A stretch of 55,611 nt of DNA, the filler included, from Sphacelaria rigidula (taxonomy: Eukaryota), in the NCBI GenBank assembly GCA_964200075.2. It is 4 parts of 4 records of this genome, joined end to end, with 100 filler letters (N's around TTAATTAATTAA, not from the genome) between each part and the next. Parts side by side here need not be neighbours in the genome. Positions count along the whole stretch, not along the records: positions 27,858 to 41,684 come from CAXNAA020002642.1; positions 41,785 to 55,611 come from CAXNAA020002643.1; 2 more parts are not named here. One strand, given 5' to 3'. The number at the start of each line of letters is the position of its first letter. Position 1 is the stretch's first letter. The position numbers and the translations under genes were made by a program. The notes under the pieces are model-generated. The model was not told the origin of the DNA and searched no databases. It was given only the letters and a program-made list of their open reading frames with translations. Positions 37,694-50,600 of the stretch are shown one piece after another.

Positions 37694-38436
37694 TAACGCC
37701 GCATTTTGCCTAGGGAACACTTTGCACCCCCCTTGCTCGAGTGTTCTCGGTATACGTTGGGTTGGAATTAGGGTTGCCATTAACATCAGTTCGAGATAAC
37801 ATCCTAGAAAATTCCTGTCCAACCAAGCGGCCAACTGAACTCCGAAATGTTCACCCTTCGCCGCAGTATGCGCACACTCTTGTAGCAATACCAGTACCTG
37901 ACAAGTTCCGTACGTTGTGTCGGAAATTTCGTACCGTAGCGGGCATACCTGCACCCCCACATAATACAATCTTGGGAAATTCGGTCGCGTTGGAAGGCTG
38001 TTTGTCCCAAATAAGGGAAGACATAAATCAGAGCCAGAACGTTCTTGAAAATCCAAAATTCATCCACACCCACATGGGTACGGAGTACAGTAGAGTAGTG
38101 TTGTACAGACGTCTGTGTCGACACGCCAGCTCACACTTGATGAAAATCTTGCAACGGTCGGATGAACTCATGGTTCGTCTGAAAATTACTTGATTTTAGT
38201 CTGATTGATTCGTACCGTACGAATCAATCGTTAGGCTTTGTTTTTAGCGTCGCAACCCAGGTACGCGCGACCCAGGCACGTGGAACGGCGCAAAAAATGC
38301 GTGGAGACCTTTTCGACCAGCGGTCAACTTTTTTTCTCTCCTTCCACGAGCAACCAGGCCTGGAATATCGTAGATTTGGTGATCCGAACCGGCGATGATT
38401 AATTCAAACCGTGAATTAACAGCCTTGATGCGTTTC

Positions 38437-38786
38437 TGAGGTTCAACTCGAAAACAGTGCTTTTCCTGACCCAAAGTCATGATCAATGAATTTCATATGG
38501 ACGACCTCATGCCCTCCGACCTCCTTGAAACTATTTTTTGGGGTTGTCCGTCTTCTGTGCCCCCGAAGTGTACGTGCGAAAGCACTTTTTGGCCTCGATA
38601 TCGGGGCGAAAAAGGGGACGTTTTCAGCCCGAAACTGGTGCTTTCGCACATACGCTTTGAGGGCACGGAAGACGGGCAACCCCCAAAAATAGTTTCGAGG
38701 AGGTCGGAGGGCATGAGGTCGTCCATATGAAATTCATTGGTCATGACTTTGGGTCAGGGAAAGCACTTCCTTCGAGCTGAACCTCA
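38437..38786. repeat. Long near-perfect palindrome (foldback/MITE)
   Basis: ~150-bp arms tgaggttcaactcg…gcgaaagcac / gtgctttcgc…cgagctgaacctca. Confidence 0.92.
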
Positions 38787-38922
38787 CCCAAATGTTGAAC
38801 TTCAAAAACGGATTCAGGCTGCCAACAGAAGTGCTGTGCAGCGTCGGGTGTTGCTTGGGTCGTGTTGGAGCGTGAGCTATATTTCCAAGGGGGTGACGAG
38901 GGCAGCAGACAGCAAAGAGTAT

Positions 38923-40062
38923 CACAGGCACCGTAGGTAGGGTAGGTACCCCGGTACCGGTATTCGGGACATCTCATACCCTACCGATACCGGTCCAATC
39001 CGGTATTTGCAAATAACATACTTACAATACCTACGATACCAGGGTATTTCGAGATTTCAATACCTACGATACCTACGCATACCACGTATGGGATACCCCG
39101 GTAAATACCGGGGGTACGCTCGGTACGGTACCTCACATACGGTGCCTATGAAAACTTCGACTACCCAACTTGCAACCAGATCTGAAACGCTTCGTACTTT
39201 CAGATGACAGTTTTGAATTCGGTGTAGAGGGTAAGGCAGGTACCCGGTACCGGTAATCGGGACATCTCATACCCTACCGATACCGTTCCAATCTGGTATT
39301 TTCGAAACTCATACCTACGATACCACGGTATTTCGAGATTTCAATACCTGACGTTCCCGCCCAATCCGGCATTTTGAAATGTCATACCTACGATACCTAC
39401 GCATACCACGTATGGGATACCGCGGTAAATACCGGGGGTACGCTCCGTACGGTACCTTACATACGGTGCCTATGAAAACTTCGACTACCCAACTTGCAAC
39501 CAGATCTGAAACGCTTCGCACTTCCAGATGACATTATGAATTCGATGTAGAGGGTAAGGCAGGTACCCGGTACCGGTATTCGGGACATCTCATACCCTAC
39601 CGATACCGGTCCAATCTGGTATTTTCAAAACTCATACCTACGATGCCTACGATACCACGGTATTTCGAGATTTCAATACTTACCGTACCTGCCAAATCCG
39701 GTATTTTCAAATGCTATACCTACGATACCTACAATACCAGGGTATTTCGAGATGTCAATACTTACCGTACTCGCCCAATTCGGTATTTTCAAATATCATA
39801 CCTACGGTACCTATGGTACCATGGTATTTTGAGATGTCAATACTTACCGTACTCGCCCAATTCGGTATTTTCAAATATCATACCTACGGTACCTATGGTA
39901 CCAGGGTATTTTGAGATTGCAATAGCTACCGTACCCGCCCAGTCCGGTATTTTCAAAATTCAAACCTACGATACCTACGATACCTACGCATACCACGGCA
40001 TGGGATACCCCGGTAAATACCGGGGGTACGCTGGGTACGGTAACTTACCTACGGTGCCTGTG
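38923..40062. mobile_element. hAT-type non-autonomous element built from three tandem units
   Basis: Perfect 17-bp TIR CACAGGCACCGTAGGTA; 8-bp TSD AAGAGTAT at 38915-38922 and 40063-40070. Confidence 0.92.
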
Positions 40063-41184
40063 AAGAGTATGTATTGTAGTGTGAAAGACAATCAACTCCC
40101 TCTCGAGTTGAATAGCAAACAGTAGTACAGTTTACATACATGTGAGGTAAACGAAGAGTGAGCGTGTTGTTGTGGCAAGCTGACGGCAAGCTGTTTTTTT
40201 GCAGCCACAGAAGAAGGCAAGCACCGCAGAAGGAAGGTGGAGACCTAAAACAACATGTACGAAAAACAAAAAAACGTGTGTTGGCCTTTCTCCTGTGTGA
40301 CCCGGGCTGTTGCGCCCACAGACACCGAAAGGTGGAGACTGGCGTCCAGATTAGATGGGACGGCAACGCACAACACATGCACACATAGATGACGCATGGC
40401 CACGCCGACCTTATGACTGCCGCGGGATGGGCCACCTGAGTGTATTGTTTTCGTTTCTTCCGTCATACATGCCGAGAGGGTCGTGGCGACGTACATCCAC
40501 GTGCGACTTTGAGTTTAGATCTGTATACTTGCAAGGCATGCATGAATACTGCTCGTGAATTACTATTGTTCTTTTCATTCTTGGCAGCGACTGTTTATAA
40601 AATAATTGGTTTGGAAAAAAACAAAAAAAACTCCGATGGTCTCGGCATCCCCGAGAAACTGGTGTGTGCCATACTTGATGGTACATGATAACATGGCCCA
40701 TCATGTCTCGGAGAAATTGAAGATGAGTAAAGGTTGACGGAAAGTTTCGTGGGTGATGAACCGAAATCGGTTTATTCGCTACTGCCATCATAGGGGAGGG
40801 CTTGACCAAAGGGTTCTATTGCTCCTCAAATAGGTTCATGCACAATGTTGTAGTGGATGGCGGAGGGTTGGTTGGGTTCGAGGCAAAAGTCTCACCTGAC
40901 CGGCAATAGCAGGGTCGAATCAGTCTGTTGCGTCATGTATATCAACCGATATGTCGAGCTGTTGGAAGAAAAAAATATTCTGTATCCTTTGCTTGTAGGC
41001 TTCGCAAAGTTGAGTCAGCAATGATGGACGCAATTATCCTCCCAAAAACGCGCCGACACCCGTATATATGCGGTATCTAACCACCCTTATCCAGTCATTG
41101 AGATATCCTCAACTTTTTTCCCTCTTGTACTGTACTGTACTGTACTGTACGCACTGCACGCATGTACGAAACGTGATAAGAGCA

Positions 41185-41361
41185 ATGCTGGAGAGGCAGG
41201 ACGTACACCACGTGCAGGAGCACGGTCAGCAGCATCAAGAGCAGATCAAGACTGAACCCGCGGGCGTTCCTACGGCCGAGGCGAAGGCTCTAGAGGCGGC
41301 TGCTGCTGCAGCAGCGGCGGCGGCTGAGGACGACGAGGACTTCGAGAAGGCTAAGCAGGAG
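41185..41361 (+). CDS. Probable coding exon of an unknown gene (Q/A/acidic low complexity)
   Basis: MLERQDVHHVQEHGQQHQEQIKTEPAGVPTAEAKALEAAAAAAAAAAEDDEDFEKAKQE|gtacag; GC3-rich codons; 5' boundary uncertain. Confidence 0.55.
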
Positions 41362-41684
41362 GTACAGTTCTGATCCTCCTCGCAATAAAGTCGTCCAGCT
41401 CAAGGCTGTGTCTTGTCGAGGCGAGAAAAGAAAAAGAGAGAAGAGAAGCGGGAAGAGGAACACGCGCCCATCAGTGTCATGTTCATTAATCGCCGCTACC
41501 CTAGACCCGCCCGGGGATTAATCAGCATGCTCCTTTTGGAAGCTTGTTCCTCTTCCCGCTTTCTGTTCTGCGTGCGATGGGACACAGCCTAAGTGATGGC
41601 CGGGGGGGGGGGGTTACTCATGATCATGTATGCCATAGTCATGCGACCACGGCATGGGGGTGGATCGATGATCATGCATGCCAT

Positions 41685-41784
41685 NNNNNNNNNNNNNNNN
41701 NNNNNNNNNNNNNNNNNNNNNNNNNNNNTTAATTAATTAANNNNNNNNNNNNNNNNNNNNNNNNNNNNNNNNNNNNNNNNNNNN
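41685..41784. other. Artificial contig spacer
   Basis: N44-TTAATTAATTAA-N44. Confidence 0.98.
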
Positions 41785-42869
41785 TACGCCGCATTCGTTA
41801 GGTGCACCTAGCCACAGCTGTTTGACAGCTGCGGACATTTGGGGGGGAAGATGGCTTCGCTCGGTCGCAAGTGTTTCGCGTCTTCCCTGCAAGAGATGAA
41901 TGCCACTTCAACCCCATTTTAGAGATCAACCCCAAAAATTAAGATCCGCTGTTATACGACCTCATCGCCGCTTGTACCGTTTCGACAAAGGGACACGCAG
42001 AACTCATGCCTCTAGCTCCACCTCTCCTCCTGCAGCGTTGCCAGATCCAGTCGCCCTGTGAACATAACCGCATATATAGTGTACATGTATTCCCGATTTT
42101 CCCCCGAGCACTACATGTTAGTGTTATCAACTGAGGCTTACTATAGGATGGTGGCGCAGCAAAACTTCGGGGAATGGGACGTCGGGCCTACATAAAATGC
42201 AAGTAAATGATGGAAAATTCGGGAATCCGAGCCCCGACAACGTAGGCTCTCTTTTGCTTCAAAGGCTTTTTTGTGGGCCAGGGATAGGGTACACCGTCTT
42301 TGCAGTGGCATCACTCCGGGAACAGCCTCCCCCCCCCCCCACTAGTCGTTCTGATGTGGTTGATAAATTTCGCCTACCCCTGATTGGACAGGTCGCTCCC
42401 AGACTTGTTTATTATTATTTACGAGCACGTCGTGAACATATGGTGTTAGTGAGCTTCAGTCCCAAAGTGGGTCAACCTCCCGCTAAAGTTGTATGCATCT
42501 ACGAAACAGATTTATTTCCAACATACACTACCTTGTTCCTTCCCGGTGCCGTAGTTTGATATTATGCAGCCACTTCTTTTCCCGTGCATTGCCTTGTCAT
42601 TACTTATTTAGTACCCATACTTATACGTAGTTTCCCTGTTTTGTCTTTTTGTCCTTCATACCCAGCGTACCATGCAAGTTGACTACGCGACTATATATTT
42701 TGTCTTTGACGGTTCTTACAGTCCCTACATTTAGTTTTCAGGCACTAATTTGCGCTGATATGGTCGCTGATTCCCCTTGGGGGGGGCGAAGTACGAGTTC
42801 CAACGGTTTTGCTGGATGTTGTACAGCGTGCGCACCCTTTGCCACAAAACAACTCGGCCTCCCACCATA

Positions 42870-43350
42870 AGAACGCCCCATAATCAGAGAAGAAATTCAC
42901 AAGCTTCTTGACCGAGGGGTTGCTCACCCCTCAATTTTCTCCTGCAACGTTTGTCGACTCCACGATTTTATTTTTTGACCGAGGTGTTGCTCGCCCCTCA
43001 ACTTTCCCCGGCAACGTTTGTCGACTACACGATTGTACTTTTGGTGAATTCCGCCAAATGCATCTTTACTGCAGGGTCTTAGGAGTTCCTTAGCCTGTTG
43101 ATCGATAATACCGGCACACAACCAGCCCCGTCCAAAGTCGACGCAATTGCCAAGATGTCACGTTCACACACAGTCAGAAAACGACGTTCGTTTTTAGACT
43201 CACTGGGTATACCTTAGACAGTTTGTCCAGAAGCGTAGCATTATAGTCGCCCCGCTGACCTGAGATTCTAATCAAGTAGGAAAACCAACAATATTGCTAC
43301 ACGATATAAGTAAACGCAGGCCCTCCTTTCGCTGTCAAACTCATGTGCCG
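42870..43350 (+). mobile_element. Degraded Ty3/gypsy reverse transcriptase fragment
   Basis: IIREEIHKLLDRGV..PS and VNSAKCIF…EFL…PAPSKVDAIAKM…RSFL/TGYLRQFV…IIVAPLT, with stops and frameshifts. Confidence 0.78.
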
Positions 43351-44004
43351 TACAATTGCAGCAAACTTTCACTACCACAATCCGGTCGCCTCATAATGGC
43401 TCAGCTAGGATATGTCACACGAACTTGAGACCCGCCCAACAACCATCAATGTACAACTCATGCGTGTGGTCATCTTTCTTATCATTTCTGTGCTTTGTCT
43501 CCGTGTTTTTCTTGAAGTACATTGTTTCTCATTATTGTATTGCATTCAGCATGCCTTGTTTATTCTATTTTCTTCATGAACATGTCTACAGTTTTACAGG
43601 ATTCGAGGAATTGAGGGTACGGCTGCTGAAATGGTTACAGAAATGTACAAACGTTGGCCTCAGAGAGGGTATGCTTCACGCACACTCTTGCGCAATCACA
43701 TCCTACCCGACGACCCGACGCCATGCTACCGTCTGACACGTTTCCCTTCGAGCTCTGGACTGGCCGTAAACATGACACACGTACCACAGCTGTCTCATAA
43801 GTAAGAAGTTCCTTCTGTATCCACCCACACCATCTAAAATACTTCATACCCGAAGTGTTTGCATCCCACATTGGGGGGGAAGAAACTGGAGAGTGACACC
43901 CACATTACACCTGACCCCTAAATTTGTCACCGTGTGAGGTTGTCGAAACTCCACGTTGTTTCAGGCGCTGACGGGTGGGGGAAGGGGAAGACTTCAAGGG
44001 GGGG

Positions 44005-44500
44005 AGGGATACTCGTTTGTTTCGAGCATCCAAGTAATCTTCTTAGTGCTATCATCTGTACTGTTTCCAACGTCTTCACCAACTTCACTTTTTTTTTCTG
44101 AGCTGTTGCAATATCTACTGTTACCAATGTCCTCACCAACTTCACTGCATCCAAGTATTCTCTGAGCTGTTGCAATCTCCACTGTTTCCAACGCCCTCAC
44201 TAAGTTCACTGCATCCAAGAATTATCTTAGCTGCTGCCATCTGTACTTTTTCTAATTTCTTCATCAACTTAACCCCTAGCTTTGCTGTTCCTAATGCCAA
44301 TATCAGGTCATCAATGAATACCTCGAGTAGAGTGGGTGATGGCGTACATCCTGGTGCAACTCCTTGCAAAACATCAAAAATTCGATATTTCCCCGTCAAG
44401 CATCATCGCACTTTTGGTACATTTCTGTCATCGTCACCATCGTCCAAGCCTTTCCTTTGACCCCAGTTCCCCATATATTTTCCCACAACCCATTGCTTCA
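44005..44500 (-). mobile_element. Degraded non-LTR (LINE) RT fragment
   Basis: NGLWENIWGTGVKGK, FDVLQGVAPGCTPSPTLLEVFIDDL (QGxxLSP motif), KLEKVQMAAAKIILGCS. Confidence 0.82.
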
Positions 44501-45264
44501 TACTACGTCATGGGCCTTTTGCACCTGTATCACCCCACAGTTTCTTCGACCCCACCATCGTACTCGAAGCACCCCACTCCCCCACGTAGTGATGCCTTGA
44601 AGCTTTTGCTCATAGATGCCACCTCCTGGAAAGGCTGGAGCAGTGCCAAGCTGAAGCGCCAAGTGTATGATTATAGGAATCGCTTTCGGCGAGTACGATA
44701 CGAAGATGGAGACTGGAAAGAGCTATCTCGCCGGGAACTCGATCGCTCCAAGCTGGAATGGAGGAACCAAAGATGGACTGCAGCCAGCGACGTTTACGAG
44801 CAGCTGTTGTGTGATGTGGTATATGATATCATTGCCAGAGGAATGCAATGATGAAATAAGTGAATAAGTAGCTACATATCACTGGTACCGTACGTTTCAG
44901 TCACGAATTTCGAGTATTTCTGTCTTTTTCTTTTGTTGCTTTGTTATATATTGTTCCCATTTGGTAACATACAGGTACATGTGTGAGCCAAGGCGCGTGG
45001 GCTCTAGGTCAAGTAGAAAAGGCGTCAGCAGTTACAGAAGAGCACCCTCGAAAGCTACACTCCTATAACTATTGTTCAGTTCGCGGGAAGGTTGTTTTTA
45101 GCGAGGTTCAAGACCCGCACTACCCCAGAATCCAGTGTAACCAGCCCGGGGTTTTCACGCGCGGTTAAGCTAACTAGCCAATCGTTCTCCAGTCTAACTG
45201 AGATCCCGGGAAAACGACAGCAACCATACTTGTCTGCTGTTTCTGTCGTTGGAAAGGGCTCTAT

Positions 45265-45920
45265 TATGCTGTATTTAGCGCCCATTGCACCGCGGGCAAC
45301 ACGTCCACGCACTCGGTCACTTCTCGACGCTGCTCGAGTAGAATAGAGCGAAGAGCACGAACTACTTCCTTGACCATGCGTTCGCACGTACCGTTAGACT
45401 ACGTAGAATACGCTACCACAAACGGGTAATCAACGCGCAAAGCCTCTCGCAATCGGGCCAAGATCGCGTTCTTGAAATGCGTGGCGGTACCACCCACCCA
45501 CACACGCGGCACCCCTAAAGTTTTGCACCAATTCAGCAAAGACGCAGCACTCGATTCAGCAGTGCACACTGCTACTCGTTCCAGAGCCACAAAGTTGCTC
45601 AAATCATCCATGATTACCAAAATGTATCGGAACCCAGCATCCTCCGACAAACCTTGGGAAGCTAGCGGGCCACTCTCGCCCACGTACAAGAACTCAAAAC
45701 GAACGACTTCATTCGGCGTGGTCCCATGGACCGTTTCACAGAGCAGGCGGGGAACAACATCACCCGCCCTCGAGTCAGCACAGTGAAGACACTGGCGGAC
45801 AAATTCGCGCACATGAGTTTCTATCCCCTGCCAGACACAAAACTCTTGCAAGCGCACGAGCGTCGCAGCCACGCCGCGATGTCCGACATCGCGCATGTGC
45901 GCACGCACAACTCATCAAAC
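45265..45920 (-). pseudogene. gypsy integrase remnant
   Basis: HHCC zinc finger and degenerate DDE core, frameshift near 45400. Confidence 0.85.
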
Positions 45921-46204
45921 GTATGTGCAATTGTTTGTCGGAGCTGGGAATCCACAACACGTTTCGGCCACGTACATGCACACGAAACAGACCTTCATTG
46001 TCCAAAATCGCAGTACCAGCGTCCGACTCGAAAGATTGCACATCCGCATCTTCGGCCCCAAGGTCTTTTCGTTGCGCTTGGCCGACAACAGATTTGGACG
46101 GCGTCGAGTCATCAGGTTCACACGGACCATACACAGCCACAGCGCGCTCAGGCAAAGTGGGAATATTTACCCAGCGCGACAGCAAGTCACCTCACGCGTT
46201 ACGT

Positions 46205-47692
46205 TCACCCTTTTCCATGACAAATCGTGTACCGATACTGGCCTAATACACCTCTCCACCCCTCCAATCGCTGTGCCAAGACCTTGGACACAGACGTCAC
46301 GCATGCCTCCGGGTTGAAAATGTACGCTGGATTTCGGTGATCCGTGAAAATGTGCACGCCATTCCCCAATAGATGCTCGAGACGACGAAAAGTGCTGACG
46401 ATAGCAAAACCTTCCTTGTCAACGGTTACCCAACGCATCTGTGAACCCTTGAAAGTACCACCAAGAAAAGCCAGCGGTTCATGCGTCAGACCTTCAACCG
46501 GCAGCCGTTGTTGCATTTTTGCATCAGGCACCTGCGTTACAAAACTACCCCAATGACACTCGGATGCATCCGGAAACATCGGCACCTGGCAACCGGGGCG
46601 GGGATGGAACAGCGTCACGGCATGAGCCACGAGATCCATCGCTGCCGCCCATGCCTGCATCCTGTCCTCCGCCGCAGCCTTCTTCGGAAACGCCATATCT
46701 TGACTGAACCACCTCGCCTGCAACTTCCGTAACACCAACCCGGGCGCCAAAAGAGCCGCCGTGCACACTGCCAACCAACTCGACCTCACTGGATCGTACC
46801 GCCGCGGCTTCGTCTTCACCGCGGACGCCCCAGGGTTTGGCTGAACACGCATGGGCTCCACGCGCGCAGGGGGTTCACCCCGCACTGCACGACGAAACGC
46901 GTTGACGCGGCGATGCAAGATGTTGCGCAGGCGTTCCGCTTTGAGGACTCTGAGGCCTTTCGCCACAGCATCCGTCACGCTCTCCTCCAGCGCGACCTCC
47001 CGAGCGGACTCCTCTTCCGCCGGGTCCATCAACATATCCAGGCCGCGCTCTACTAAGCGTTCCGCCGCCTCATCACGCTCCTCGGACACCTGCCCCCCCG
47101 CCTCCTGGAGAGCATCAACCGACAAGCTCACTTTGCTTCTGGCCAAAAAAACAGGCGTCTCAACACTCGAACCGGGCGACGGCATTTGCGTTTTTAGGGA
47201 CTCTAACAGCCGATCATACGGATCGACTCCGTGTCCCCGAAGCGTCGGTATGCCCAACAGAACGACACCATCCGTCCCCGGCATGATCGCAAACGATATC
47301 GGGGATAATTTCGCTGGCCCCCGGGTGATCCTGAACGCCAACTGTAGGGGAATCGTCCGCTCCGTGACATTTATACGTTGCCTCGATGCGGTGATGGCCT
47401 GTCGCGCCCCGAGTGAGAACGGAATGCGGATTTGCTCACCGGGGAGCAGACGTTCAGGCATTTCTACAATCAGCACCGACACGCTCGTGAAATGGGTGCC
47501 TGAATCCAACACAGCGTTGACTGATATGGCTCCTCGTGCTCGTTGATTTGGGAGATATAACTCAGCAGGAATATAATTCTCTTGATCCTCGACCGGCACC
47601 CGCTCCGCCGACTGGTTTGTCGTGATCCTCACTTGGCGCCACGGCTGTGCGTGCGGCGCAGACATAGACGCCCCCGCTGGGGTTACCGGCAC
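46205..47692 (-). pseudogene. gypsy pol remnant ORF (protease fused to RNase H)
   Basis: 495-aa ORF with DSG protease and RNase H motifs, no YxDD. Confidence 0.85.
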
Positions 47693-50600
47693 CGCCGGCG
47701 GGTACGAAGCCCCGCCCGCAGAACCAAACTGCAGTGGTACTCCGGCCGACGCAGCAGCGGATCCAATTTCAGCTGAAATCCGGCCGGCTCAGCAGCAGGC
47801 GTCTCGCCTTTCTCTGCTGACGGCGGCGCCGGCACCGAGCCCTACACTAGAGTGGTCGGTCCCACCTGCACCGCCCGTTGCGAAGCAGCAGCCCCTGCGG
47901 CTAAGCCGGACCCAGAACCGGACCCCTGCTAACGCCGCTACCCCTGCTGCTGCTGCTACTGCTGGGAACTCGACTGTACACCTCCGCCGCTGGAGGATCC
48001 ACCGCCGCCGCCACCACGATTACCTCGTATTTTGCCCTTGTGCTGATGATGCTGATGGCGCGCGGCATGAGACTACCCAGACTTTCCACCGGAAGGCGTT
48101 AGGCAATCGCGCGCGTGATGGCCGACCTGGCCACAACAGTGGCAAGTGCCCGCCGCATGCCCAGCATGCTTTCTGATCGCCGCAACCAATTGCGACGGCG
48201 TTATTGTGTGCTTTTCATGGAATCTCGCAAAAACGCGTCGGAGGGGGGTAGGCACGAGTTGCGCCATGGAAACCACCCGATGCCTCACCGCACCCCCCGC
48301 ATTCGCATGCTCCACCTGCCTCTTGTATTCCACGTATATCGTATAAACGAACGAGAAGCAAACTCAGAATAGAAATTCCCGTAACTGGGAGGCCGCAACT
48401 GTTCTCTCAGAACAACTGGAGTTACAGTCGTCTCCGCTCTATTGCCGGTACTTCTGTAGTCGACATTTCTGAGCGGACCTAGTCGAAGGCTTCTGAACCT
48501 TCGCGAACTCCACAGTTCACACCTGCCTTCGTCGCCGCTCCACACAGCCGTGGGGTCCTATAAACTCCCGATGCACGCAGCTCCAGCAAGCCTCCAGTCT
48601 GGATCAGTCACGGGTCGGCCGCCTTTGCAGCTATCTCAGCTTAACCCTTTTGGAAATCACAATGGAAAACTGATCATTTGCAATTGACGGTTTTTGAGCA
48701 GGATATGGATGATGGTTCAAAGCTTAGACGCAACAATTTTGGCCCAACGCGTATTTTTTAGACCCGTGCGAGTGACAAGTGGAACAAGAGAAGGATTCCT
48801 CTTCTCTTGCTGCGGCGAGGTCCCGAACCCGTCGGCGTTTGTTTTCTACATTCAGGAGCTCCTTCCCCGGCCACAGTGCGCGGCAAGTATCTGTGAAGCG
48901 TGAAGCAAGCTTCCCGCCTGACCTGCACGCCCTTTCCGCTGCAGTTTATACTCTTCGCAGCGTCATAGCAACAAGGGCAGCGCCGACGGCACATTCGCCA
49001 TATTTATGAACTGGCAGTGTAATACAATCCCAGGCAGTCACCTTTCCATGCCGCCGGGGGTGCTGTGATACTACCCTGTACAGTACTGGGTGTGTTCACA
49101 GCAGTTAGGGGTAACCTCGACTGCAGACTCACGTCATGCACAACATCGCGCTCATGCACATTCCAACAGCACCATCCCGCCGTTTGAACAAATGCGTAAA
49201 GGCGACGCAGACGCCATGTGCCCTGCAGTTATGTACCGTCACTGTGGTGTAGAGTCTGCCAAGTGCCGTCGCCCCAGGGGTGATGCCTTGCTGCTTCGTG
49301 TTACGTCTGTATTATATTTTGAAAGTATATCATATTTTGAAACAAATCTCTGTAAAACGCGAGGCATGCACAGAACTGGGCTCTGCCAAGCACGTGCCGA
49401 CAACATTATACTGCGGGTTAACTATTACGCAACGGCAGAGCGAAAGGCACAGCTACCCCACCACATCTATACCGCGGGTTGAGCGTTCCCGACCGTTGCA
49501 CCGACATACTTCATGCTGCATGAGATTCATGACGACGGCTACCGCTATCGTCTCGTGCCGTCTACTCTCGTGGCCGACTTTTCACATACTTATATTTATC
49601 TTGCACGGAGTGTAGCCGCAAGTCAATACTGTAACCTACTGTATTTACTGTGGTGTTTTTCATCTGGCCTAATCACGGTAGGCGGTGCCCGTCGGCTCCC
49701 TCCCGTGTGCATGTAGATCGCCTGTGCGGACGCCGGCGATTACGCCCGGCATGTACCGCCCGCACAACCTACTGTGCCTTCCACATTTGGTGACGAGATT
49801 TCGTTGGCCATAATACGCTGCATGTACGGTGTGGCTTGGTAAACTCGCTACCCGATGGTGCAGCCCGTCAAAGCGGTGCTTCCCTTATCAACAAATGCTA
49901 ATATACGAACGTGCCTGGTTGGACCCTGGAGCCCATTGCTGTTTTTTGAATGGAATGTTTCATAGTGGTTTTGCTGATTATTGTCGATGGATATAATTGG
50001 ACACACTTCATCCGTTGCATGGTATGATTCGACAAACCTTACCCAAATTCTCCAGGGAGGACATTCTTCTCCGATCTTCCATTATAAAGATGATCGCGGT
50101 CGGCCTATTCTGTTTCCATGTGTTCCTCTTCGTCAGGGCTTCTCATAATAAGGCGTTTGGCCAGGGGACAGGAGGGGAGGATTCCAAAAGGGTTAAACCT
50201 TCTCACGCGTCCGTGAAGCAATATGTCCAAAGCTATCCGGACTCATCTCTACTGCAATTTTTCCAGCAGTCACTCACGATAGCACAACTACCACGACTAG
50301 CACTATCACTAATATCGATATTGTGACGCCAGCAGGTTGCTAGTACTGCAGCGTCTAGTGCTGTTGAGTGATTCCCCACTTCCACTGGCCTCGGGTTTCA
50401 ATTGTCAGCCTTCACAACACATTTTATTATCCTGGAGTGACTCCCAGGCGGCTCCATCAACCACATCAGGGTATCACCCCTGTGAGCATGTCACCATAAA
50501 TATCATTACTACAGATCTCAAGTCATCATCCAATCATCACTATATACTCAACGTGAAGGCGTGATTTCGTCACACCGGCCTGTTTTCGATCAGTCTGATT

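Larger units (their letters stand above)
44980..48546 (-). mobile_element. Defective Ty3/gypsy LTR retrotransposon (gag-PR-[RT deleted]-RH-IN)
   Basis: gag-like ~48430-48100; protease AVLDSGTH; RNase H FPDAS…DKEGFAI…FTDHRN; integrase HHCC (HMRDVGH…CLHC), IMDDLSNF and SNGTCERMVK; PR-RH-IN order; outer boundaries approximate. Confidence 0.9.

Noticed and set aside
38923-40062. CRISPR-like repeat-spacer array
   Set aside because: Spacers are copies of each other, no cas genes are present, and the TIR plus 8-bp TSD explain it as a hAT element.
44980-48546. Paired LTRs and TSD for the gypsy element
   Set aside because: TG/CA-type ends are present but the two ends share no evident sequence and the flanks do not match.
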